Assembly: GCA_016927065.1 (NCBI GenBank)
Contig: JAFGNJ010000019.1
Location: forward strand, 4,491 to 68,490
From: Deltaproteobacteria bacterium
GTDB taxonomy: Bacteria > Desulfobacterota > B13-G15 > RBG-16-54-18
DNA: 64,000 nt
Direction of reading: 5' to 3'
A program made the translations under genes and the position numbers. Position 1 is the first letter of the stretch. Each line of letters begins with the position of its first letter. The notes under the pieces were generated by a model that ran no database searches, was not told the origin of the DNA, and saw only the letters and a list, made by a program, of their open reading frames with translations. Positions 9,628-19,589 of this stretch are shown piece by piece.

Positions 9628-11727
9628 ATGAAAAAAAGGGTGAAGCTTATCGGAATCATCATCCTTTCCTCTTTTCTGTTCCTAATTGCAGCAGCCGTTG
9701 TACTCCCCTACCTCATCAGCCTCGATAACTATAAGGGAATAGCTGAGGAAACACTAGAAAAGGCTTTACAGCGAGATTGCTCAATAGGCAAGCTGCGTAT
9801 CACTATTCTCCCGACCATCGGAGCCAAGCTAGAAGATTTTGTTATTTCCAATCCCCCGGGTTTCTCAGAGACGCCGCTGATTTCCCTACAGACCTTAAAG
9901 ATCAAAATTAAAATCATCCCTCTCTTGTTCGGGAAAAAGGTGATATCCGGTACACTCTACCATCCCGAGATATTTATCGAAAAAGATCCACGGGGGCGAT
10001 CCAACATCCCCTATATGGAAAAAACGAGCACATCGGATCGAAAGGGAACACTCAAGAGCGGAAAGGTGAAAACTGATGAATCAAAGGCCCTACAAGGTAT
10101 TTCCCTTACCAAGGCCTCGATCAAGGAGGGGAAATTTATCTACTTGGACAGGACCATGGCACCCGCCCGTCGGACAGAAATTGAGCGAATAGATCTGGAC
10201 CTAAAGGACCTCTCATTAGAGAAAAAAATACTATATAAACTCTCCCTGCAATGGTCCCCTGGTGCAGTAACATTGGAAGGCTGGGCAGGCCCCCTTGGAA
10301 AGACCATCGATATTAAGAACATACCCCTGGAGGGACAAATTCGGGCGGATTTCCCCAAACTGGACGGTCTCATGCAGCAATTGACGGGGGAGAAAGAGAG
10401 TACCATGCAGGGCGCATTAAAGGCCGATCTGGACTTCAAGGGAAATACGAGTTCTGCGCTTACGGCTCAGGGTGAAATCCTCCTTAAGAATCTCACAGTG
10501 GGAGAGAAGGAAGCGAGGACAATTGAGGATCTCGATATCGTGTTGCGGCCTGAGATTGATATTTCTGGGGGGGCGGAACGATTGCAATTGAACGCGACAC
10601 TCCTATTGGACAAAACCCCTTTCAAAATCAATGGTCTGTTCAGAGATCTTCAAAGAAAACCCGTCGGTAAACTGACGCTGTCTTCTCAAGAGGGCGTCGA
10701 TCTCGAGGAGTTGGGGCCAAAATTCCCTGCTTTGCATCAAATGGCCAAACTAAAAGGGCAACTGGACCTCACCGGAGACCTTATAGTCCCAGCCCAAGGC
10801 ACCCCGCTCTTCTCTCTTGAGGCAAATTCCTCACGAATTGATATCACGCTGGCTGAGCAGAAAAAGGCTACAGAAAAAGAGCCTGAGCCCAAGGCTCAGA
10901 AAGAAGAACCTGCAGCTAAAAAACAATCCGCGAAAAAAAGCAGTTTCGATGCAGAAGCAAAGGTCACGGTCAAAAAAGGAACGTTTCAAGGGACTGATTT
11001 TCAGAACTTCCTTCTGACAGCAGAAATGAAGGGTGGTGAGGTGCGGATCACGCGTTTTACCTGCGCTGCGTTCGAGGGGACGATGGAGGGAAATGGGACA
11101 TTCAATATGGGGCAGGAGCCTTCCCCCTTCCGCATGAAGACCAAGGTAACCGGGGTCGACGCCAACGCCCTCTTAAGTAGCTTTACTTCGGCAAAGGGAA
11201 TGTTGAAGGGAAAGTTTAATGGAGATATTACGCTCGGAGGGGCGGGTTTTTCTCTTGACACCTTGAAGAAGAATCTTACCGGCACGGGGACCGTGCAGAT
11301 TATGAATGGAGAGCTTTCCTGGCTAAACCTCATTGGCCGGATAGTACAGGCCCTGGGAGGAAAAGGTTGGGGAAAGGATAAAACCACCTTTGAAGACCTC
11401 ACGTCTGTTTTTACCATCAAGAACGGCAGAGTTTCTATTCCGGACCTCAACATCTCTCAAGAGGATGTGTATATCAAGCTTTTTGGCGATATCGGCCTGG
11501 ACGCTACTGTGAAAATGGACGGCGAGGCCCATCTTCCACAGTCAGTGACCGGAGATCTTTCAGGTAAGGGATGGAGGTTTTTTGCGGATGACAAAGGACG
11601 GCTCACTATCCCCTTTTCCCTCAAGGGTGACATTAACGATCCAAAGGTGGGAATCAGCACACGGCTCATTGAACAGGGCGTCAAGGGGCTGCTGGATGAA
11701 TTCCTCAAGAAAAAAACTGATAAATAA
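9628..11727 (+). CDS. AsmA family protein
   Basis: N-terminal TM, SNPPGFS motif, beta-rich body, AsmA-like C-terminus (IPFSLKGDINDPKV). Confidence 0.8.
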   Translation: MKKRVKLIGIIILSSFLFLIAAAVVLPYLISLDNYKGIAEETLEKALQRDCSIGKLRITILPTIGAKLEDFVISNPPGFSETPLISLQTLKIKIKIIPLLFGKKVISGTLYHPEIFIEKDPRGRSNIPYMEKTSTSDRKGTLKSGKVKTDESKALQGISLTKASIKEGKFIYLDRTMAPARRTEIERIDLDLKDLSLEKKILYKLSLQWSPGAVTLEGWAGPLGKTIDIKNIPLEGQIRADFPKLDGLMQQLTGEKESTMQGALKADLDFKGNTSSALTAQGEILLKNLTVGEKEARTIEDLDIVLRPEIDISGGAERLQLNATLLLDKTPFKINGLFRDLQRKPVGKLTLSSQEGVDLEELGPKFPALHQMAKLKGQLDLTGDLIVPAQGTPLFSLEANSSRIDITLAEQKKATEKEPEPKAQKEEPAAKKQSAKKSSFDAEAKVTVKKGTFQGTDFQNFLLTAEMKGGEVRITRFTCAAFEGTMEGNGTFNMGQEPSPFRMKTKVTGVDANALLSSFTSAKGMLKGKFNGDITLGGAGFSLDTLKKNLTGTGTVQIMNGELSWLNLIGRIVQALGGKGWGKDKTTFEDLTSVFTIKNGRVSIPDLNISQEDVYIKLFGDIGLDATVKMDGEAHLPQSVTGDLSGKGWRFFADDKGRLTIPFSLKGDINDPKVGISTRLIEQGVKGLLDEFLKKKTDK

Positions 11728-11740
11728 CATTAACTATTAC
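11656..11740 (+). repeat. Diverged direct repeat, copy 1 (3' end of the asmA-like gene)
   Basis: cacggctcattgaacagggcgtcaaggggctgctggatgaattcctcaagaaaaaa...aaataacattaactatta. Confidence 0.8.
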
Positions 11741-11899
11741 TTATAAGCTTTTTTATCTAATTTTATTAATATATTAACTGTGCAGCAAAAAAGCTGCTTA
11801 TACGTTGGATAATCTCAGGTGATTGCCATGTTAGGCTTTTAAATTGCCTATGATCAATGTAATGAGTAGACGTTACTCTTAAGGAGCAAAAAATATCCG

Positions 11900-12655
11900 A
11901 TGTCAAATAAATTTTTCAAAGTACTACTAATAATCAACGTTAGCCTTCTTGTGATCGCGTATACTCAGAAAAACAAGCTTCCTGACCAAGAAGATATTAT
12001 AGACCAGTTATATAGCCCTCCTTACCAAGCAGAAACTCAAAAACCTTCTTTTGAAGCTACTAGAGGGGGCATCACATATACAATCAAACCAGTGTATGAA
12101 TATACACTTTATGGTATGGTTGTATCCTATCATCATAGTTCTAGTTGGCTTGATCTTGCCCATAAAAGCTGGAGGGATTTTATTAATATTAAAGATATTT
12201 GTGTAATCTGGGGAGAGAATATTAAATCAGAGGTTTACAAAGATTTAAAATTTTCAAGCCGTGATTTTACATGCCATATCAAATGGTCAAATCGAGAAAG
12301 GAGCAAAAAATACAGAAATAACTGCCTGTCAAATAACCATCTTTTATCTGATGATCAAAAATTGAATAAAATTATTATGAATACTCAAAAAGGAGATCAA
12401 ATCTATCTTAAAGGTTATCTGGTTCATTATTCTCACACAAACAAGACTTTTAACCGTAAAACAAGTATTTCTCGAGACGATACAGGTAATGGAGCCTGTG
12501 AAACTATTTATCTTAACGAATATGAAATCCTAAAAAAGGCAAATCCAGGATGGCGTTTATTATATTCCATTACAAAGTATGGTACTATTTTCTGCCTAAT
12601 TATTCTAACAATTTCTTTCTTGATAACTCCTTCAAAAATCAAGAAAGTTAAATAG
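11900..12655 (+). CDS. Hypothetical membrane-anchored protein (AT-rich gene)
   Basis: 251 aa; N- and C-terminal hydrophobic helices; SNNHL and GACE motifs; RBS AAGGAG. Confidence 0.7.
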   Translation: MSNKFFKVLLIINVSLLVIAYTQKNKLPDQEDIIDQLYSPPYQAETQKPSFEATRGGITYTIKPVYEYTLYGMVVSYHHSSSWLDLAHKSWRDFINIKDICVIWGENIKSEVYKDLKFSSRDFTCHIKWSNRERSKKYRNNCLSNNHLLSDDQKLNKIIMNTQKGDQIYLKGYLVHYSHTNKTFNRKTSISRDDTGNGACETIYLNEYEILKKANPGWRLLYSITKYGTIFCLIILTISFLITPSKIKKVK

Positions 12656-12722
12656 AGGCTATTCTCGATGGTAAAATATGGATTGTACCTCGTGAGTATA
12701 ATCGCAGAAAAATAGAACCATA

Positions 12723-12810
12723 AGCACTCACGGCTTATTGAACAAGGCGTCAAAGGCCTGCTGGACGAATTCTTACAGAAAAAACGTAAGAAATAACTCT
12801 AACTATTATT
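12723..12810 (+). repeat. Diverged direct repeat, copy 2 (orphan asmA 3' end)
   Basis: cacggcttattgaacaaggcgtcaaaggcctgctggacgaattcttacagaaaaaa...aaataactctaactatta; encodes RLIEQGVKGLLDEFL. Confidence 0.8.
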
Positions 12811-12922
12811 GACAAGTAGGCTGTTTTTATTAGATAAATGTAATCATTTTCATTTGTAAAATACGAATCTGTATATAGGCGCTGAGCAATCCAAGGTTAG
12901 GCCGCAAGTCGAGGATTCCTGA

Positions 12923-13462
12923 ATGGCGAAAAAGAGAACTGAAAAAGGCCACAGAGCGAAAAACCAAGACGACAACACGAAAGTCGAGAACTGGCGAATC
13001 CAACTGGGTGAACTGAATGCTCGCTCCCGGATGTACGCAACACAGCTCTGGGCACTTCCGTTCCTCTATTTAACTGCTATAGGTGTTGTTCTGTCATTCG
13101 TCGAGGATGCTTGCAAGCTGAACAGTCCAATCGCTTCCACTTTATCCGCACTAGGTATACTAGTGTTTACGGCAATGATAGGCACGCGACATGCTAACGA
13201 CCGTGTTGTGCAATGGATTGCAAAAGTGGAAAAGAGGCTTGGCCTTCCACAGACGGTTCAAGTCCGCCACAACGTCGTTGATTGGTCCTATTATTCTATT
13301 GTGTTGGTAGCGGTGGCGGTTATGAGTTTTTTTGCGACTCAGCAACTTATCACTAAAACCTGGCTGAGAGCAGCCATCTCATTGTCTCTAGTTATCTTAG
13401 GTGTTATTACGGCAGCTTTCAACGGGGTGAAGAGTTTAGAGGAAAGTTGTCCCGATCCGTAG
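12923..13462 (+). CDS. Hypothetical 4-TM membrane protein
   Basis: 179 aa with four hydrophobic segments; GAGG upstream of ATG. Confidence 0.6.
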   Translation: MAKKRTEKGHRAKNQDDNTKVENWRIQLGELNARSRMYATQLWALPFLYLTAIGVVLSFVEDACKLNSPIASTLSALGILVFTAMIGTRHANDRVVQWIAKVEKRLGLPQTVQVRHNVVDWSYYSIVLVAVAVMSFFATQQLITKTWLRAAISLSLVILGVITAAFNGVKSLEESCPDP

Positions 13463-13492
13463 TGCTACAAACGCAGAGCATAACTCCTCATC

Positions 13493-13511
13493 GGGGTTTG
13501 ACTAAAGCCCC
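13493..13511. terminator. Hairpin between convergent genes
   Basis: GGGGTTT-GACT-AAAGCCCC. Confidence 0.4.
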
Positions 13512-13523
13512 AATACCTTTTCT

Positions 13524-13967
13524 TTACTCCCCCACCTCCACCTTAATCTGCTTCGGCTTGGTCTCTTCCTTTTTGGGAAGGGTTATGCGCAGGATACCAT
13601 CGTCGTGGCTTGCTTTGATCTTTTCCTGGTCAACGGTATTGGGGAGGCTGAACGAGCGGCTGAACGTGCCATACGGGCGTTCGAGCCTGTGGTAGTCTTC
13701 TCTCTTTGTCCCCTCTTCTAGCTGCCGCTCCCCTTTGATGGTAAGAACAGTACCTTCCATCTTGATGTCAATTGACTTCTGGTCGACTTCTGGTATTTCC
13801 ATTTTGAGAACAATCTCTTCCCCTTTTTCCATGATATCAACGGGAGGTGACCAAACTCCCGATTCCTGATCATGCGTCCCTCTGGAAAAGGTCTCATCAA
13901 AGAGCTTGTGCATCCTCTCCTGCAAGTCCATGAGGTCCTTCAAAGGCTCCCATCTCGTCACACCCAT
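13524..13967 (-). CDS. Hsp20 / alpha-crystallin small heat-shock protein
   Basis: WSPPVDI, LTIKGER, ERPYGTFSRSFSLP, DGILRITLPK. Confidence 0.95.
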   Translation of the reverse strand: MGVTRWEPLKDLMDLQERMHKLFDETFSRGTHDQESGVWSPPVDIMEKGEEIVLKMEIPEVDQKSIDIKMEGTVLTIKGERQLEEGTKREDYHRLERPYGTFSRSFSLPNTVDQEKIKASHDDGILRITLPKKEETKPKQIKVEVGE

Positions 13968-14126
13968 ATGCTGAACCTCCTCCGCTTAGATTATACAGGA
14001 ATTTTAATCATCCCCTTCTTTCTTTCAAGAAAAAAGTATCTTTTTAAGCACGTTGTTTGATTGCATACGGTGTAAAAAGTATACATCCTAATGCAAAAAT
14101 GTGAAAGGTAATCAAGCAGGTTGCTG

Positions 14127-14870
14127 TTACTTTTTCTGCTTACGGCAAACAGGACAGAGCTCGAAAAAGTCTTTGGGCAACTGGACTCGGTCAACAATCC
14201 AGTTCAATTGAAACTGCGGGGCAAAGGGTTTGCCGCAGGATTTACACGGCTGCATCTTCAAGGTCCGCTTCCACCTGACGATGGTCCGCTCATCCCCTTG
14301 TTCTTCCATCTTGATGCAGTCGGTCGGGCAGACGTATACACACGCCCCACAGGCGATACAGGCCATAGGATCCCAAAAAGGAGGGGCCATCTCCCGCTTA
14401 TCCCCTCGGTTAACGAAGGTAATAGCGTTAGCCCCGACCACTTCTCGACATACACGCTCACAGAGGCCGCAGAGGATACAGCCATCAGCGTCATCTATAA
14501 TTGGAAACCTCGTTTCCTCAATCCCTGCGCTCCGGGCCATCGTGAGGATCGTCTCAGAATGAGGAGCCCTGGCAAGGAGCATTTCCAGGATCATACGGCG
14601 GGCGCGCAGCACGTTCTCGGTCGCGGTGGCGACCTCTATACCGGCATCCACCGGATAGTTGCAGGAAGTAGTCATTCGCGTGCGCCCACCCTTGGTCACT
14701 TCCACCAGACAGAGTCGGCACGCCCCATACGGGGAGACGGCCTCGTGATAGCAGAGGTGAGGGATCTCAAAACCGTACTCGAGGGCAACCGGGAGGAGCA
14801 TCTGCCCCTTCTCTGCTTCCACCTCAAGGCCATCAATCTGAAACCTGACCAGCTCTTTCTCAGACATCAT
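14127..14870 (-). CDS. NuoG/HydA-N-like Fe-S subunit (2Fe-2S plus 4Fe-4S) without a catalytic domain
   Basis: IPHLC, GACRLC, TTSC; CILCGLC, CIACGAC..CP; C-terminal CKSC/CPVC; only 247 aa. Confidence 0.85.
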   Translation of the reverse strand: MMSEKELVRFQIDGLEVEAEKGQMLLPVALEYGFEIPHLCYHEAVSPYGACRLCLVEVTKGGRTRMTTSCNYPVDAGIEVATATENVLRARRMILEMLLARAPHSETILTMARSAGIEETRFPIIDDADGCILCGLCERVCREVVGANAITFVNRGDKREMAPPFWDPMACIACGACVYVCPTDCIKMEEQGDERTIVRWKRTLKMQPCKSCGKPFAPQFQLNWIVDRVQLPKDFFELCPVCRKQKK

Positions 14871-16714
14871 TCCACCTTCACCGCATCCACCGGGCAGACC
14901 TCTTTACACGTGCCGCACTTGATGCATTTTGCTTGAACGATCTCATGGGGTACCTTTTTCTCGCCGGTGATGGCCTTCGTTGGACACTCTTTTTTGCACT
15001 TCCCACAGGCAATGCAGGCTTCGGCATCAATGGTGTATGTAATCAATGCCGGGCAGACACCGGCAGGACACCGTTTGTCCTTGATATGGGCCTCGTACTC
15101 ATCTCTGAAATAGCGGATGGTGGAGAGCACCGGGTTGGCGGCCGTGCCCCCTAAAGCACAGAGGGAGGCCTCCGTTGTCGTCCAACCAATCTCCTCCAGG
15201 AGCTCGATATCTCCCTCTTTCCCTTCACCCTTGGTTATCCGATCCAAAATCTCATACATCCTGAGAGTCCCGTCGCGGCAAGAGGTGCACTTGCCGCACG
15301 ACTCATCCTTGAGGAAATTGGTGAAGTACTTAGCTACATCCACCATACAGGTGGACTCATCCATCACGATCATTCCGCCGGAGCCCATCATCGAACCGGC
15401 CTCGGTCAACGCATCAAAGTCCACCGGGAGGTCGAGCATTTCTTCGGGGATACACCCTCCCGATGGTCCGCCGGTCTGCACCGCCTTGAAGCGCTTGCCG
15501 TCGGGAATACCGCCTCCAATGTCATAGACGATCTCTCGCAGGGTCATCCCCATGGGGACTTCGATAAGACCGGTGTTGTTGATCTTGCCGACCAGGGAGA
15601 AGATCTTGGTCCCCTTGCTCCCCTCGGTGCCGATTTTGCTGTACCACTCAGCCCCCTTCTCTATAATGACCGGGACATTGGCCCAGGTCTCCACGTTGTT
15701 GAGGTTTGTCGGCTTATCCCACAGGCCGCTCTCCACCGTGTGGATATATTTGGCCCTCGGTTCCGCCACATACCCCTCGATGGATGCCATAAGGGCCGTG
15801 GACTCCCCTGCCACAAAGGCGCCGCCGCCCTTGCTGATTGTGACGTCGAAATCAAACCCGGATCCAAGGATATTCTCCCCCAAAAATCCCATTTTGTGCG
15901 CCTGTTCGATGGCAATGCCTACGTTCTCCACGGCCAGGGGATACTCATGTCTGACATAAACATATCCCTCATGGGCACCAATGGCGTAGGCGCCGATGAT
16001 CATCCCTTCCAGCACACGGTGGGGGTTCCCCTCCATGAGGCTACGGTCCATATAGGCGCCCGGATCCCCCTCGTCGCAATTGCAGATGACGTACCTGACA
16101 TCGCCAGGGGCCTGGCTGCAACTTTCCCATTTCCTCCCCGCGGGGAAGCCCCCGCCCCCACGGCCCCTCAGTCCGGAGCTCTTCACCTCCGCGATAATCT
16201 CCTCAGGGGACATGGAAAAAAGTGCCTTGACCAAGGCCTGATAGCCGCCGACGGCCAGATAGTCCTCGATCTGCGTGGGGTCAATCAGACGGTTGTGACC
16301 AAAAACTAATCTGTTCTGTTTTTTATAAAAGGGGATGTCCTTCTCGGCGGGAATCGCTTCTTCCGTTTGAGGGTCCTGGTACAGTAGCTCTTCGATCATC
16401 TGGTCTTTTTTGACGGTCTCGGCGATGATTTGAGGTACTGTTTCAGGGGTCACCCGCTGGTAAAATATCCCCTCCGGTTCTATAATCGTTATAGGACCCC
16501 GCTCACAGAAGCCGTGGCAACAGGTGGTCTTGAACTCAATATCTGATTTGTTTCCTAATGCCTTCTTGAAGGCATCATAGACATCCAGCGCCCCCGCCCC
16601 CCTGCACCCTGTACCCGTGCAGAGGACAACTCGTTTCTTCGTATCCTGCGCCTTCCGCTTTTCGAGGATTCGCGTGCGAAACTGCTCTAAATCGTCAGGA
16701 CTTTTTAGATGCAC
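14867..16714 (-). CDS. NuoF/HydB-like FMN/NADH-binding subunit (BfuB-like)
   Basis: LRGRGGGGFP, CDEGDPGAYMDR, GGPSGG, ESCGKCTSCR, H..RCPAGVC, C-terminal 2x4Fe-4S; probable GTG start at 16714 after AAAGGAG. Confidence 0.9.
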   Translation of the reverse strand: MHLKSPDDLEQFRTRILEKRKAQDTKKRVVLCTGTGCRGAGALDVYDAFKKALGNKSDIEFKTTCCHGFCERGPITIIEPEGIFYQRVTPETVPQIIAETVKKDQMIEELLYQDPQTEEAIPAEKDIPFYKKQNRLVFGHNRLIDPTQIEDYLAVGGYQALVKALFSMSPEEIIAEVKSSGLRGRGGGGFPAGRKWESCSQAPGDVRYVICNCDEGDPGAYMDRSLMEGNPHRVLEGMIIGAYAIGAHEGYVYVRHEYPLAVENVGIAIEQAHKMGFLGENILGSGFDFDVTISKGGGAFVAGESTALMASIEGYVAEPRAKYIHTVESGLWDKPTNLNNVETWANVPVIIEKGAEWYSKIGTEGSKGTKIFSLVGKINNTGLIEVPMGMTLREIVYDIGGGIPDGKRFKAVQTGGPSGGCIPEEMLDLPVDFDALTEAGSMMGSGGMIVMDESTCMVDVAKYFTNFLKDESCGKCTSCRDGTLRMYEILDRITKGEGKEGDIELLEEIGWTTTEASLCALGGTAANPVLSTIRYFRDEYEAHIKDKRCPAGVCPALITYTIDAEACIACGKCKKECPTKAITGEKKVPHEIVQAKCIKCGTCKEVCPVDAVKVE

Positions 16715-17168
16715 CCTTCTTCTCTCCTTTGAGCATCGACAGAACCGTGGTCCCGAGCATTCTGCCGTGATATGTTCCATCAATCACCACCAGGGGGGCC
16801 AAGGCACAGGAGCCAAGGCAGTTCACCGTCTCCAGGGTATATTCTTTATTTGTGGTCGTCTCGCCCGGTTGCACCTTCAATTCACGTTCCAGGTTATTGA
16901 GGATTGACGCCGCCCCTTTCACATGACACGCCGTACCCGTGCACACCGTCACCACATGTCGTCCGCGGGGGGTGAGGCTGAAGGTGCGATAAAAGGTCGC
17001 CAGATGATAGATCTGCGTAAGAGGTACCAGCAATCGCTGCGAGACCTCCTCCAATGTCTTGCGGGGAAGATAGTTTTCCGAGGCCTGAATATCTTGTAAG
17101 ATGGCCAAGATGTTTGAGCTCTGATTGTCATGTTTCTTCAAGATCTTTTCTAGCTGAGCGCCCGTCAT
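16695..17168 (-). CDS. NuoE/HydC-like thioredoxin-fold 2Fe-2S subunit
   Basis: ATFY, VCTGTACH, VNCLGSCALAP. Confidence 0.9.
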   Translation of the reverse strand: MTGAQLEKILKKHDNQSSNILAILQDIQASENYLPRKTLEEVSQRLLVPLTQIYHLATFYRTFSLTPRGRHVVTVCTGTACHVKGAASILNNLERELKVQPGETTTNKEYTLETVNCLGSCALAPLVVIDGTYHGRMLGTTVLSMLKGEKKGASKKS

Positions 17169-18121
17169 TCCTGCCCCTCATTTGTCATGCGTACCTTCTT
17201 TTTTAGTTTCTCATATTCCTCGCCTACTCGCTGTTGAATCTGCTCGATCATCTCCGGGGTTAGGTGTCTAAACCTCCCCTGGATCTTGAGATATTCCTCA
17301 ATGGGGCGCAGTTCAGAGAGGTCAATGTTCAAGTGATACCTCCCCTGTTCCACCTCATACAGGGGAAACATCCCAGTCTCTACTGCCAGGCGCCCGGCAT
17401 GGATGGCCATTTGGGGAGGAAGACGCCATCCCGTAGGGCAAACCGATAGAATATGGATATAGGCAGGCCCCTCGATGGCAGCCGCCTTTTTCACCTTTTC
17501 CATGAGATCAAAGGGATAGCTGGAACATGCCGTAGCCACATAGGGAATATTGTGGGCCACAGCGATCTCGGGCATGTTTTTCTTCCATGTTGTCTGCCCA
17601 GGGACTACCGAGCCTGCTGGAGAGGTAGTCGTGGAGGCCCCAAAGGGGGTAGAGGATGAGCGTTGAATTCCTGTATTCATATATGCCTCATTGTCAAAGC
17701 AGACATAAATGAAATCATGTCCCCGCTCCATGGCGCCTGAGAGGGCCTGCAGTCCGATATCGCTTGTCCCCCCGTCGCCGGCCATCGCCATAACGTTGAT
17801 CCGCTTGGGGGGGATCCTCCCCTTCCTCATAAGGACCTTAAGCCCTGCCTCGATCCCCGATGCAACGGCCGCCGCATTCTCGAAGGCGACGTGTATCCAG
17901 GGGACGTTCCAGGAGGTCAAGGGAAGAGGAGATGAAACGATCTCCATGCATCCGGTGGCGCTGGCGATGACGTTATTTCTCCCCAGGGCCTTGGCCACAA
18001 GTCGCAAGGCCAATGCCTCGGCGCACCCCTGACACGCCCGATGTCCGGGGACAAAATACTCCTTTTGTGATATCAGCCTCGATGCGTAGACGTTTAATCT
18101 ATCCAGATTCTTATCCATCAT
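17165..18121 (-). CDS. porB: Pyruvate/2-oxoacid:ferredoxin oxidoreductase beta subunit
   Basis: GHRACQGC, TPP motif GDGG...DNEAYMNTG, CPTGW. Confidence 0.9.
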   Translation of the reverse strand: MMDKNLDRLNVYASRLISQKEYFVPGHRACQGCAEALALRLVAKALGRNNVIASATGCMEIVSSPLPLTSWNVPWIHVAFENAAAVASGIEAGLKVLMRKGRIPPKRINVMAMAGDGGTSDIGLQALSGAMERGHDFIYVCFDNEAYMNTGIQRSSSTPFGASTTTSPAGSVVPGQTTWKKNMPEIAVAHNIPYVATACSSYPFDLMEKVKKAAAIEGPAYIHILSVCPTGWRLPPQMAIHAGRLAVETGMFPLYEVEQGRYHLNIDLSELRPIEEYLKIQGRFRHLTPEMIEQIQQRVGEEYEKLKKKVRMTNEGQE

Positions 18122-19281
18122 TCCCTCACGCCGTATAGCTCATACCACTCTCCAGGCCGCTCCTGAGCCTGTTGGATCATGTGCACAAAATCCTCTGGTG
18201 CAACATCTCGCCCTGCTATCCCGGCGATAAAATTCACGATGCGCGGGCGCTTCTCCTGGGCGTAGAGGGCCGAGCGGATCTCAGAGGCCAGGGGGCCTCC
18301 CGGCCCTCCATAGGATATGGCCCGGTCCATAACCACCACGAGGTCGGCGCCTGCAACAGCCTCCTTGAACTCCTCAAAGGGGAAGGGGCGCCAGAGCCGA
18401 ATTTTGACCAATCCGACCGGTTCCCCCGCTCCTTGCAAGCTATCAATAGCCAGTGTTGCCGTTTCGCTTAAACTTCCCTGAGTAACCAAAACGACCTTGG
18501 CACCTTCTGTCTTGTATGTTTCAACCGGGTGATAGTATCTCCCGGTCATATCCCCGAATTCCTGCCATGCTTTTAGGACATAGGGCATGGCCTCCGTAAG
18601 AGATTCAGTCTGGGCCTTTTTGGTTTCGGTGTAGAGCGCAGGAGTGGCAAATGCCCCCATAGTCACGGGGTGATCCGGATGAAGGCTGTACTTGGGTTGA
18701 TAGGGAGGAAGATAGCGATCCACGATCTCCTGGTCCAAGAACTCGATGGGCTCGATCACGTGGGTAAGGACAAAGCCGTCCAAATTGACCATAAAGGGCA
18801 GCAGGACATTACGATCCTCAGCGACCCGATAGCCGATAAAGACATGATCGTAGACCTCCTGCCCATTCTCTACAAAGACCTGAATCCACCCACAATCCCT
18901 GATGGACATGACATCGGTGTGGTCGTTCCAAATGCTCAGCGGACCGGAGAGGGATCGGTTGGCCAGCAACATCAAGATCGGAAGCCTAAGCGAGGAGGTA
19001 ATATAGACGATCTCGCTCATGAGGGCCAGCCCTTGGGAACTGGTGCAGGTAAAACTCCGGGCCCCGGCAGCCGAACTCCCCGTGCAAACACTCATAGCGG
19101 AATGCTCGGACTCAACCGGAATGAACTCGGCATCCAGCTCGCCGTTATTCACGACCTCTGAAAGATGTTCCACAATATGGGTCTGCGGGGTTATCGGATA
19201 CGCAGCGATGACATCAACATTGGCTTGTTTGACCGCCTCAGCCGCCGCAATCGAAACCTCCATTCCCACCCTTGTTGCCAT
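18118..19281 (-). CDS. porA: Pyruvate/2-oxoacid:ferredoxin oxidoreductase alpha subunit
   Basis: AAYPITPQT, VESEHSA, TSSQGL. Confidence 0.9.
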   Translation of the reverse strand: MATRVGMEVSIAAAEAVKQANVDVIAAYPITPQTHIVEHLSEVVNNGELDAEFIPVESEHSAMSVCTGSSAAGARSFTCTSSQGLALMSEIVYITSSLRLPILMLLANRSLSGPLSIWNDHTDVMSIRDCGWIQVFVENGQEVYDHVFIGYRVAEDRNVLLPFMVNLDGFVLTHVIEPIEFLDQEIVDRYLPPYQPKYSLHPDHPVTMGAFATPALYTETKKAQTESLTEAMPYVLKAWQEFGDMTGRYYHPVETYKTEGAKVVLVTQGSLSETATLAIDSLQGAGEPVGLVKIRLWRPFPFEEFKEAVAGADLVVVMDRAISYGGPGGPLASEIRSALYAQEKRPRIVNFIAGIAGRDVAPEDFVHMIQQAQERPGEWYELYGVRE

Positions 19282-19575
19282 CTATTCCTCCTCATCCACC
19301 ATAGTTATGGCATCGGTTGGGCACTCCTCAACGCATATCCCGCACCCTTTACAGTAATAGAGGTCATGCTCGATGTACCCATCCGCGAGTATCTTGATTG
19401 CCATATCCGGGCAAAAGATATAGCACGTGCCGCATCTGATGCATCGGTCCTTGTTATAAACCGGACGCTGCGAGCGCCAGTCGCCGGTGCGGTAGGCGGC
19501 AGCATTGCCGGGCTCATCTATCACACAGCCGACATTTAATTCTTTCCACGTTATCTCGTGCTCTGGCTTGGCCAC
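19282..19575 (-). CDS. porD: POR delta subunit (2x4Fe-4S)
   Basis: TGDWR, CIRCGTC..CP, YCKGCGICVEECP. Confidence 0.9.
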   Translation of the reverse strand: MAKPEHEITWKELNVGCVIDEPGNAAAYRTGDWRSQRPVYNKDRCIRCGTCYIFCPDMAIKILADGYIEHDLYYCKGCGICVEECPTDAITMVDEEE

Positions 19576-19589
19576 TGCTCGCTCCTCTG

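Noticed and set aside
14127-17168. [FeFe]-hydrogenase, formate dehydrogenase or complex I
   Set aside because: No H-cluster or molybdopterin domain and no membrane nuo subunits.
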